From Raja brachyura (lineage: Eukaryota): a stretch of DNA of 64,000 bases. The stretch lies in the NCBI GenBank assembly GCA_963514005.1, contig OY740782.1, forward strand, positions 1,860,001 to 1,924,000, read 5' to 3'. The notes under the pieces were generated by a model, which had not been told where the DNA came from, searched no databases, and was given only the letters and a program-made list of their open reading frames with translations. A program made the translations under genes and the position numbers. Positions 37,316 to 48,619 of this stretch are shown here, piece after piece (the first letter of the stretch is position 1; each line of letters opens with the position of its first letter).

Positions 37316-38877
37316 TAGGTACATTACAAAACTTACCTTCAGCGGCGCGGCAGTTCCGTCACTGGCCGTGTGCGCGACTTTGGTGCCTATGGGGGGGGGG
37401 GGGGGGGGGGGGTTAAAACGCGTTTTATCAATGCCTTCCGGAATTATATTTTCTCGGGGTGCGAGCTTTAGCTGGAGATTCATTCCGACTGCCAGTATGT
37501 GAAAAAAAAATTTTTTTAATCGCCCGACTATTTCAGCGCAGGAGTAAAATAAAAATTAGCTCCTAATGCCGTGAACGCTGACAACGGGGACGGATTTTAC
37601 GTAGGGGACAGGTAAAGGAAAGCCGTTTATTTTTTCATATAAACTTGCTTGTTTAGATGACCTTAATCAATATTTCATGTTGCGAAACAGTGATTTATTC
37701 CCCATACGAACCGGCAGTATTTTTCCTGCTGATATGGGGTTTAAATTCACCGCAACCACAACGTTCCAATCCATCGCGTTCCATAAAATCCCACTCGCAA
37801 GATGATTTAAATGGCCATTAATTTACAGGCAATAAACAATAAATTCCCTCAATTTGGCCTATAAATTCATAACAATGAGATTTAAAAATCATGTTATATT
37901 GTGAATTCTTGTGTGAATGTTATTTGGACACGGGCTATTAAGAAATGTTAATATTTTCTTAAGAAATGGATAGTTGTTTAGATCTAGTAATTGAATTTTG
38001 TAATTAGCTACAATTGCGTAACTAATTATAACCATATAACAATTACAGCACAGAAACAGGCCTTCTCGGCCCTTCCAGTCCATGCCGACCATTTATTTTC
38101 CCCTAGTCCCATCTACCTGCACTCAGACCATACCCCTCCATTCCCTTCCCATCCATATACCTATCCACTTTACTTTTAAATGTTAAAATCGATCCTGCCT
38201 CCACCACTTCGGCTGGAAGATCATTTCACACGGCCACCACTCTCTGAGTAAAGAAGTTCCCCCTCATGTTACCCCTAAACTTCTGAACCTTAGTTCTCAT
38301 GTCATGCCCTCTTGTTTGAATCTTCCCTACCCTCAATGGGAAAAGCTTATCCACGTCAACTCTGTCTGTCCCTTTCATCATTTTAAAGACCTCAATCAAG
38401 TCCCCCCTGAACCTTCTGCGCTCCAAAGAATAAAGACCTAACTTGTTCAACCTTTCTCTGTAACTTAGTTGCTGGAACCCAGGCAACATTCTAGTAAATC
38501 TCCTCTGTACTCTCTCTATTTTGTTGACATCCTTACTATAATTATATGACCTAATTTCAGGTCATCCAAGTAAGATTGTTTCATATTAGTTTCAGAATGC
38601 TTCAATCTATAATAACTGAACATTTATTTAGGTTCTCTTCATTTTTAAGAAAGTTATGGGCTTTTGACTGTCCTCGATCACAACTTTTGTGTTCAGTCAA
38701 TGGAAAAGCAATAGGGAACAAGATGCTATTTTCCGAGTATGCAAATGGCCATAACTTTTTTAATACTGAACATATGACAGTGAATTAGGTGTCAAATTAA
38801 ACTTCTTTTTATGCTTTATCTGGTGGGATAAATTGCAGACTTGATTTTTTAAATCTCAAAATGTTGTAACATTGCTA
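37316..38877. mobile_element. Non-autonomous DNA transposon (hAT-like TAG..CTA ends)
   Basis: TAGGTACATTACAAAA / TTGTAACATTGCTA imperfect TIRs; TTTGATG duplicated at 37309-37315 and 38878-38884. Confidence 0.7.
38031..38538 (-). mobile_element. Young CR1 nested in the DNA transposon; same subfamily as 5017-5704
   Basis: MLPGFQQLSYRERLNKLGLYSLERRR nearly identical to the 5054 ORF; TAATTATA flanks. Confidence 0.9.
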
Positions 38878-41094
38878 TTTGATGGTTTCCATGCAGTATG
38901 TCAAAACTTTAATGACTGCTTCTCTCCCCACAGCTGCTGCCTGACCAGGTGAAGGCTAGCAGCATGTTCAAGTGGACATGATATGTGCCTGCCATGTAAA
39001 CTAGATACAAATGCTGAACGTCTCCTTTGTCAGATATTGGTCTCCAGACAGGTTGCCAGGATCATCTCTCAGCCTTGTACAACTGGCCTGGTGAGAGCCT
39101 GGGCATGAAGCTACCCCACACCCCCATCTGCAATCATCCCACAGCAGGAAGGTGCTGGGGACGTTTCTTTGCCGAGTTGTTGTATTGGAGAGCCATCTCA
39201 CTTTGTTGTACGATGCCAAAGGTGTGGATGAGCAGCCCAGTGTGAACAGCCATCACAGAATGAATCGGAGCCGAGGTGTGGACCAGCAGCCTCCCCCTGG
39301 ATATTGCTGGTGGACTCGGTGATCAGCCGGCTTGTAATGCCACTCCAACTTCTCCTTCCTCTTTAGCCAGGACCAAACCACACTCCTCCAACTCAGCACC
39401 AAGCGGACGGATAAACATTCCCACACTGATTCTCCACAGCTCTGCCCCGGGCACAGGTGAACCTCCATCATTGGGCAGAGGGCAATGGGTGGAGGCAGAT
39501 ACAACAGTGGGGTTCAACAGGCTTTTAGATTGGAGTGGATATGCAGGGAATATGGATCACGTGCACAGAACATTAGTTAATTTGGCCTCATCAACAGCAC
39601 AGACATTGTAGGCCGAAGGGCCTGTTCCAGCGCTGTACTGTTCTATCTACTTGAAAGAATAGGAAGAAATATTTGCAAGAAATCCTGAAACACGACAAAC
39701 ACAGTATCAGATTTGGACCCTATAATCATCTGACAAAACATCTTTTGTTGCTCTGGACATCCCAAGCACATGAATATTAAAGATCCGGTGTTTTTCAAAG
39801 AAAACATTACCAACAGAAAGTGCAACTAATCTGTAAAGAATGCATGAGGAAGAGGAGATAGTAACTTGTTTATGCAAGAGTTAAATCAAGGACAGGATTT
39901 ACGCCACCACCTCTTGTCCAGCAGCTTCCCGAGCAGACCCCTGCACTGGGAGTCCACCGAGGGGCAGCAGCAACGATTCAGCAGAGCTCCTCGAGCGGCT
40001 TCTCCCCCTCAAACACCTGCACAGCCCCTTGCCTCAGCACCAAACCACTCTGTACATCGAATAAATAAGGCACAAGGAACTACAGACACTGGAGCCTTGA
40101 GTAAAACACAACGGGTCAGACAGCATCTGTGGAGGATAGGGATAGGCGACATTTCAGGTCAGGAACCTTCTTCAGACCCTGAAGAGTGTGAAAGAGTCCT
40201 GACCTGAAACATATCCTCCGCATATGGTGCGTGATGTACTTTGGCTTCCACTACTATGGCCTGGTTACCTAGACTAACTGATGATTTATTGTATATTTAT
40301 TTACTATGTTGCGTTAATGAGCCTATAGAGCTGCAACAAGTAAGAATTATATTATTGGGAGACACAAGATACTGGAATGTTGTGTTGGAGGAACTCAGTG
40401 AATCAGGCAGCAACACTGGTTGTGACTCTTCTTCATTCCGCCCATTCCCTCACAGATGCTGCCCGATCAGCTAGGTTGATCCAGGACTACATGTCCATGT
40501 TGCAGTCCTGGTGATGGACAGTGCAGATGGGGAGTGATAATGACCACTGCTTCTTGAGGGATGGCCGGGCACACACAGACGTGTGCAATATCATCAGAGA
40601 CATTCTCAACGCATTGTACCAATAAGCAGCAGGCGCTGGCGCATAGATAGCGTGACTGAGATCATTTAACACAATAGCACCAATGAAAGCTATCAAACAC
40701 CGACTGACAGAGGTAAGCGTAAACCAGAGAAAGCAAGCCCTTTGCCCAAGTGAGGCAGGTTGCTGATCCAGAGACCAACGGGACACGTTTTACAGGAGGT
40801 TGAAGAGGGGGAAGGGCTGAACAGTAGGAGTGGAGCGGTAGTGGCGAGGTGGGACAGACGGTGAGGTGGACGGGCCAATCTCAACATACAGTAAAGCCCC
40901 CTCTATTGCCACTAGTTTACAATTCTGCCTCTCCTCTCCTTTCCACCCCTGACTGTCAGACCCAACCACCATCCATCCCTCTCCTCCCCACCTACAAGAT
41001 CACTGCAACGTGTTCACTGAGGATGAGAGATGAAAGCCTGTGCTTAAGGTGGCGGAGGCTGAGAAGTGTGAGGTGGTACTAGGAGCCAGGGAGA

Positions 41095-42470
41095 AGAACA
41101 GGAAGGAGATTGTGAACATCGTGTCCTGGTGTCGAGACAACGACCTTTCTCTCAATGCCAGCAAGACAAAGGATAATGATTGACTTCAGGACTTCAGGAC
41201 AGTTTGCATTGACAGCGCCAAAGTTGAGATGGTCAAAAGCTTCTAATTCCTAAGAGTAAATATCACCTACCACAACCTCCCCTGGACCACCCATATTGAA
41301 GCAACGAGCATGAAAGCACACCAACGCTTCTAATTCCTTGGAAGGCTTTGGAGGTTTGGCAAGTCCCCAACAACTCTCACCAACTTTTACAGATTTGTCG
41401 TAGAAAGCATTTTATCAGGACGGCTCACAGCTTGGTTTGGGAACCGCTCCATCCAAGACCCCAAGAAATGGCAGAGAATTGGGGAAGCAGCCCAAACCAT
41501 CACACAAAACCAACCTCCGTTCCATTGACTCCATTTAGACCTCATGCTGCCTCGCCAAGGCCAGCAGCATAATCAAGGATGAGTCACACCCTGGCCACTC
41601 CCTCTAGTCCCCTCTCCCACCAGGCAAGAGATACAGAAGTGCACACCTCCAGATTCAGGGACAGTTTCTTCCCAGCTGTTATTGGGCAACTGAACCATCC
41701 TAGCACAACTAGAGAGCAGTGCTGAACTGCTATCTACCTCATTTGAGACCCTCAGGCTCCCTTTGATCAGACTTTGCTGGCTTTATCTTGCACTAAATGT
41801 TATTCCCTTTTCATGTATCAGTATACTGTGAATGGCTGGATTGTAATCATGTATTGTCTTTTCACAGACTGGTTAGCATGCAACAAAAGCTTTTCACTGT
41901 ATCTTGGTACACCTGACAATAAACTCAACTAAACTAAACCTCACCCTTTGACAAATGACTGAGCCTCTGCAGGTGTACAGTGGAGAACACAATGACTGGT
42001 GGCATCACGGCCTGTTTTGGCAGCTTCAACGCCAGGGAATGAAGGAGACTACAGAGAGCGGTGGACACTGCCCGTCCATCACAGGCACGAACCTCCCCAC
42101 CATCCAAGGCATCTACAGGAGGGGCTGCCTCAAAAAAGGCAGCCAGCATCATCGAGGACCCACACCACCCTGGCCTCGCTCTTATCTCATTTCTTTCACC
42201 AGGAAGATAGAGGAGCCCGTAAACCGAGCCACGGCTTGTTCCCAGCAACAAGCAGGCTCTTGAACCACCCTGCACAACACTAACCATCACTTCAGCGACT
42301 ATGATCTTCCATGCTCTTTGTTTTGGTTGCAACACGGACTTGGATTTTGCACTATCATGGTTACTTATTATTACTGATTAATGTTATATATTATTATATA
42401 TTTATCTGTGTGTTCTAGCATTAATCGGCCTGTAAAGCTGCAGCAAGTATGAATTTCATTGTTCATTGCC
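41095..42470 (+). mobile_element. Two Rex1/Babar 3' fragments
   Basis: WCRDNDLSLNASKTK, KAHQRF, SHPGHSL; second copy from about 41965. Confidence 0.75.
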
Positions 42471-42635
42471 AAAGGCATCTGTACTCAAACTGCTGGATCC
42501 ACTCTCTCTCTCTCCCAAACTCTACCCCATGGGCTCTACACTTTAAAGAATGAAGCATCAGGGGAATGAATGCCTTTACACCCAGCGCCTTGCCACTTGC
42601 ACATGTTCAGGGTAAACCCACCACATCACAGATTG

Positions 42636-42780
42636 GGCATGCATGTGTAGAGCTGGTATAGAAAGGGAACAGTACAGACCTCTTCCTCCTCAATTCGAGC
42701 AGGCTCGATCAGCAGATTATTGACTTGATCAAAGGAGACCCCCTGTTAGGATAGGAACCAGCAGAGGCATGCGGATTAGT
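42636..42780 (-). promoter_or_regulatory. Splicing-regulatory motifs around the 63-nt cassette exon
   Basis: sense-strand ACTAAT and GCATG upstream of the acceptor; TGCATG about 35-40 nt downstream of the donor (RBFOX/QKI consensus). Confidence 0.6.
42680..42742 (-). CDS. SCRIB: SCRIB 63-nt cassette exon (~16)
   Basis: CTAACAG|GGG...GAG|GTCTGT; GVSFDQVNNLLIEPARIEEEE, not in the ORF track. Confidence 0.95.
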
Positions 42781-42920
42781 GGAGCATAGCTTCACCCCAA
42801 TCAAAACACAGCCCCAGACACAGCACTGAGGATAGCACCAGGCACACAGGCAGGGGGGGCAGACAGACGCAGACAGATGTACACACAGACAGACGCAACC
42901 CTGGGCTCACAAATTCTCAC

Positions 42921-42939
42921 CCTGACATTGAGGATAACC
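42921..42939 (-). CDS. SCRIB: Candidate SCRIB microexon m4 (19 nt, VILNVR)
   Basis: CTCACGCTTCTCTTTATCACCTTAG|GGTTATCCTCAATGTCAGG|GTGAGA; strong splice sites. Confidence 0.68.
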
Positions 42940-43519
42940 CTAAGGTGATAAAGAGAAGCGTGAGTGGATTTTCTTTGCTCTGTAGGTGGGCTCCAGGCTG
43001 AGGCTAGTTCACTGAGGCTGGGCGTAAGACAGCACAGTAGTGTGTATGTGTGGGGGGGGTCCGGCCACATAAATGCCCAGGCCTTGTCCAGCGAACCGCA
43101 ACTGGCACCGTATCCTGGCTGAGGCTCACCGCTGACGGATGAGGGGAGGCGCACTGGTCCACACATACAGGCAAGCCTGGAGCACCGAGTAAAAGGGTGG
43201 CTCTGCCTGTGGGACGGGCAGAGGTGGTGGTCGAGGGAGAGGGGAGGCCAGGCTGTAGTCATGCCCGCAAGTGGCAGGTGGTGTCAGCGTGTGTGTGGTC
43301 GGGCGGGCGGGAGGGAAGGGCAGGCTGCATGGTGAGGTGTGCGGGTTTCTGGGGAAGGCAGCACATGGGACCGCGGGGATGCAACCAGGCCAGGGTCTGT
43401 CAGCTCAGACGGAGCTCCATTCGCCAGAACCCATGGCCAGGGGCTGCCACCGGAGGGAACACACTCTCCCCGGAGAGGCCAGCAGGTGAGTGAAGCACTC
43501 TCCAGCACAGGGCTACGGG

Positions 43520-44340
43520 CCAGCACACCTCCACGTGTGTACACACACAGACCACGGGCCCGCACACCTCCACACGTGTACACACAGGGCCACATGCCCG
43601 CACACCTTCACGTGTACACACACAGACCACGATCCCGCACACAACTGCACGTATAAACACAGGGCCACGTGGCAGCACACCTCCACACGTGTACACACAC
43701 TGACCATAGCCACACACAGGCCATGGGTACACACACCTCCACATATGTAGATGCACACACTACCACACATGTACAAGTACACAACTACCACACGTGTACA
43801 GGTACACACACTACCACACGTGTACACACACTACCACACGTGTACACACTACCACACGTGTACACACACACTACCACACGTGTACACACACACACTACCA
43901 CACGTGTACACACACACTACCACACGTGTACACACACACACTACCACACGTGTACACACACACACTACCGCACGTGTACACACATACAACCACACGTGTA
44001 CACACACACACTACCACACGTGTACAGGTACACAACTACCACACGTGTACAGGTACACACACTACCACACGTGTACACACACTACCACACGTGTACACAC
44101 TACCACACGTGTACACACACACTACCACACGTGTACACACACACACTACCACACGTGTACACACACACACTACCACACGTGTACAGGTACACAACTACCA
44201 CACGTGTACACACACACACTACCACACGTGTACAGGTACACAACTACCACACGTGTACAGGTACACACACTACCACACGTGTACAGGTACACACACTACC
44301 ACACATGTACACACACACACAGGACCAGAGTCCACACACA
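43520..44340. repeat. CTACCACACGTGTA(CA)n repeat
   Basis: palindromic ACACGTGT in each unit. Confidence 0.92.
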
Positions 44341-45148
44341 GGAGCAGCAGTCCTGAACTATCTAATTCATTGGAGACCCCCAGACTATCTTGGATTGGAC
44401 TTTATTGGCTTTACCTTGCACTAAACGTTTTTCACATTAATCCCTTTATCATGTATCTGTACACCGTGGACGGCTCGAATGTAATCATGTATTGTCCTTC
44501 CGCTGCCTGGTTCGCACGCAACAAAAGCTTCTCCCTGTACCTTTACCATGTGACATTAAACTAAACTCACTCACTCATTCACACACATGTGTACAGGTGC
44601 AGACCTCAAGCCCACCATCTCCTCCCTATCTCTCACACACCTACACCCCCAATCCCCACTCACATACACCCCCAATCCACAGTCACACACACTCACACCT
44701 AATCTATACTCACACACACACACCCCCAATCCACACTTACACCCACACCCCCAATCCACACTCACACACACACACCCCCAATCCCCACTCACACACACCC
44801 AATCCCCGCACACACACACACACACAACCCCCACTCTCTCACTTACACACACAGCCCAAGTGCCGGTAATCTCCACTCTCTCTCACACACATCCACACAC
44901 ACGTGTACTGACACAAACCCCTCCAGGCATCAGGTACATACACCCCAGAAGCACGGAGACACAGCCAGCAGCAGGTGCAGGGGGAGAGCGGGAGGTGTGA
45001 GGCAAGGGGGCAGCACAGGAGAAAGGGGGGGGGGGGGGGGAGGGGGAGAGATCATTCTCCAATGCAGAGAGACACAGAGAACTCAGGAGTCTAACAGCCC
45101 TGCACTGGAATTTGAGAGCCCAGAGAATCCGTCAATGAAACTGCAAAC

Positions 45149-45170
45149 CTCCAGTCCAACGTGTTGAGGG
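45149..45170 (-). CDS. SCRIB: Candidate SCRIB microexon m3 (22 nt, ALNTLDWR)
   Basis: CTCTTCACTCTTTCTGCATCTCCTTCCAAG|CCCTCAACACGTTGGACTGGAG|GTTTGC. Confidence 0.62.
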
Positions 45171-45800
45171 CTTGGAAGGAGATGCAGAAAGAGTGAAGAG
45201 TAGGCAGTGCTGGAATCAGCTGCACATGGTGCTTGTCCGTTCTCACCAGCCCATGTCCCGGCATTCCTCACGTTCCATGTGCAACATTCCATGTGCTTAA
45301 ACAGATGATCACCTTCACTGAATGAGATATCAGTCTGGAAACGAGCAGCCACCACCCGCAGAGACTGACACACGCCAAGGAGTGGATCCCACCTGTCAGG
45401 AAGCATGCGTCATGCTAACAGGTACCGACTCATGGCTCACAGCAGGAGCATGTAAAGGAGTCCACACGCGGGTAATTGCACCATTCACGTGGTAGACTAA
45501 ACCCTCTGCTCACAATCATGTGCACAGGAAGACCCTTTGGCCCGCTGTGCTTGTGCTAACCCTTTGCTCGAGCCCTTTGGTTCATGCCTTTGCCCACAGA
45601 CTGCAGCATTGACGTGCAGCCTTCAGCACGCGGCTGGTGCAGACCATCGATGGGCTCTGTCTGCTCCCAGCACAAACAACAAACAACTCACCGCTCCGTC
45701 AGCGGCCCAGGCCAGGGACCGGACTGGCTGGGAGACGGGCAGCTGGCCGCCACTCTCAAGGTCTGTACACACTGAGGAACACTCCATCAACCACTCGCCA

Positions 45801-45826
45801 AGTTAGAATACGGTTAGTCAGTTAGT
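45801..45826 (-). promoter_or_regulatory. Triple CTAAC (QKI-type) cluster
   Basis: sense GACTAACTGACTAACCGTATTCTAAC between candidate microexons m2 and m3. Confidence 0.55.
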
Positions 45827-45971
45827 CTGCGTGCTTCTGAAAGCTTCACCGTTAATAATCTACGTTACAACAGGTTAAGGGGTGGGGGGTGGGGGGGGGC
45901 GCGCGAAGAGGTAGATGAGGCAGGGGCAGGGTGGAATGGTAACGGCCAGCAAACAACACCAGACACAACAC

Positions 45972-45997
45972 CAGACAGTTTGACTAAGAAAGAATAA
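45972..45997 (-). CDS. SCRIB: Candidate SCRIB microexon m2 (26 nt, YSFLVKLS)
   Basis: long pyrimidine tract-CTGCATTTTCTCGGATACAG|TTATTCTTTCTTAGTCAAACTGTCTG|GTGTTG (weak donor). Confidence 0.6.
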
Positions 45998-46348
45998 CTG
46001 TATCCGAGAAAATGCAGGGGGAGAGGGAGAGGGAGAGGGAGAGGTCGCAATGAAAGAGTGCAAGGTTGGAAGAGAGTGAGGGAGAAATGAAGTAAGAGAG
46101 GGAGAAGAGGGACAGAATAAAATGGGAGCAGGAGGCCCCGCAGCCTGCCCATCATTCAACATGATTATGGCTGACCTACCCCAGCCCCTTCTATGCCAGT
46201 TGCCCATAACACCCAATTCCTCATCTCCCCTTCTGAAATACATGGACTGACCCAGCCTCCACCACCCCTGGGGGTCAGCGTTCCCCAGAGGTTCACCACA
46301 CTCTGAAAGTAGGAATTTGAAAGCTCTGAACACTGGGGGAGGTTTCAC

Positions 46349-46353
46349 CAAGT
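46349..46353 (-). CDS. SCRIB: Candidate SCRIB microexon m1 (5 nt, ACTTG)
   Basis: TTAAC-TTTCTGCATTTGTAG|ACTTG|GTGAAA; branch-like TTAAC, UGC near 3'ss; completes frame with m2-m4. Confidence 0.5.
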
Positions 46354-46559
46354 CTACAAATGCAGAAAGTTAACAGAGGGCAATGGTCTATTGTTGTCCC
46401 AGTCAGTTTGGAAAACATCCTAAACTACCCGAATGCCCCAAAGTGAGGGTGGTGATCGCTGATAGAAGAGAACTGTTCACAAAGGGGGTATTCACAGGGA
46501 AGCTGCCAGCAGCAGTAATCAGGCCTGTGTGAGCTGACTGCAACTACATGCTGTCACTC

Positions 46560-46822
46560 ATCGCTCTCCACACCAGCATCCTCACGATGCCATTTACACA
46601 AATGAGATCACCTCTCATTTTTCTCAATTCCAATGAATACAGAACCAAAGTAAACAGGACAAAACTCTCAGTCAGAATTAGCCCGGCGAATATCCGGTGG
46701 ACTGTCTTCAACCTTACCCGATCCTGTGGTAGGTAAGGAGACCAACACTGTGTGCACTGCTTCACCAACACACTGCACAACAAGCAGTAAATCCTTCCTG
46801 ACAAACTGCATCCTCTTGGCAC
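46560..46822 (-). mobile_element. Old CR1 fragment
   Basis: QCWSPYL..D, LYSLELRKMRGDLI. Confidence 0.65.
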
Positions 46823-48201
46823 TAGAGAGAGACAATGAAGGGGAGAGAGAGGGAAGGCTGAGAAAGAGAGAGGGGAAGAGAGGGGAGAGGGAGAAAAAGT
46901 GAGGGTGCGAGCAGGAAAGAGTGAGGTAGTAGGGGGAAAGAGGGAGAAAGCTAGTAAGGAGAGAGTGAGGGGGAGAGAGAGAGAGAGAGAAGAGTTGATG
47001 GGAAAAGAGAGGGGAGATGTAAAGAAGTGAGGGGAGAGAGTGGGGAAGAGCATGGCTATTGATGCTGGTGTCTGTGTGGGAGACTGAAGCTGGGAATGAC
47101 AGCAGGCATGGAGAGGCATGAAATGGTACAGTCTGCAGTAACACAGCGCTGATGGGTTTAGTTCATGCAGTTGCTGCTGGAGTAGGCGAGCAGTGAGACC
47201 AAACGCATGCAGGAGACCGCGTGTAATGCCAGCTACAGGTCAGACACCAGGGAGCTAGACTCTCTCAGTAACTTCAACACAGGGACACCAGGGAGAGAGT
47301 GAGTGGTTGGGACATAGTCACAGTGCTGTACCTGTTGAGAGTGAGCCGCTGTGTGTACAACCCTTGCTCACATCGCCCCACTCCCCACCTCCTGTGAGCA
47401 GCAGTGGCAGGGAATAGGATTATTTACAGCACCAGGAGCCCCACATACCCTGAAGCGCACAGACACACGGGCCAGTTCCTGAGTTACACCGGCCTCTGGT
47501 GCTGTCCACATACAGTGCTCTCTTCAGTTGGCATTCACCTCCTCCCCACAGACCCCGTGCCTGCTCCACATTCAGCAGCTGCTCTGCCGCTGTGAGACCT
47601 AGCCAGACACCAGAGGCACAGGAACGGCAGATGCTGCAACCTGAGCAAAACACACAGTGCTGGAAGAACTCAGCCAGTCAGGCTGCGTGTGTGAAGGGAA
47701 TGGACAAACAATGATGTTTGGGTTGGGACCCTTCCTCACACTGATGGTGGAGGGGAAGCTGAACAGAGAGGTGGGGGCAGGACAAAGCCTGGCAAGTGAT
47801 ATATAGAGTCGATGGGTTTGTGGTAGACGCATTAATATTCTGTCCACTGTGATGGAGACTGAGAAATCAACAAAGGGGAGAGTGTTAGAGGCAGTGGGTA
47901 CATTTGTATAGGGGGTGGGAGTTGATAAAACCAATAAGTCATCGATATAGTGGGCACTTATCACATGCCAGGCTTTGCCTCACCCCCACCTCTTCTGCAG
48001 TTTTCGCCCACCGCACCATCAGTCTGCAGACCCAGACATCGTCTGTCCATTCCCTCCACAGACGCTGAGTCCGCCAGCACTCCGCGTTGTGCTCGCAACT
48101 GGGTGTCGTGACAGTGGGTTAAGGATGGAACGTTTGCCCCCCCCCCACCCCCCACTCCCTCCCTCCCTCCCGCCGGGCCAGGTGCCAGGCTTGCATCCTA
48201 C

Positions 48202-48498
48202 CTTCACGGGGGGCTGGGAGAGCCTGTCATCTCTAACCTCCTGCAGGTGGTGCAGCGGCGAGCTGAGGCTGGGCGCTGGGACCTGCTCTCCCTCCTCCTG
48301 CAGCTCGGGGCTGCTCAGCCCCTGCAGTATGGCCAGCACGGCCTCCGGCCGCGGCAACTTCTGGATCTTGAACTGTTTCTTGTAGTGAGGGGTGTCCTTG
48401 CGGATCAGGCGCTGCTTCTCGGCCACAAAGAACTCCCCCTCGCCAGCCCCCTCCTCTTCACCGCGCACGACTGTATCCTCCATGAACCGCACGGTGGG
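48202..48498 (-). CDS. SCRIB: SCRIB exon (~15)
   Basis: 297 nt, TCACAG|CCC...AAG|GTAGGA; PTVRF...QRLIRKDTPHYKKQFKIQKLPRPEAVLAILQG...PPVK. A possible in-frame upstream acceptor at 48537 would add 39 nt. Confidence 0.92.
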
Positions 48499-48619
48499 CT
48501 GTGAACCACACACCACCATCATTATCCCATGGGCCATCTGAGGGCTAACGCACACAGACATACTCACAGTCCAGCGTGGCTGGCTCAGCAGTACGCTCGT
48601 GTGGCCGGCAAAGGGGAAG

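Noticed and set aside
38990-39520. Coding-like unique sequence, possible nested gene
   Set aside because: Stops in the frames examined and no recognisable domain; perhaps a decayed element.
43520-44340. CACGTG E-box array as an enhancer
   Set aside because: The motif is a by-product of a CA-derived repeat, with no independent support.
46790-46830. CTAG|TGCCAAGAGGATGCAGTTT|GTCAGG as a microexon after a long pyrimidine tract
   Set aside because: The sequence is the edge of an old CR1 fragment and does not fit the frame of the chain.
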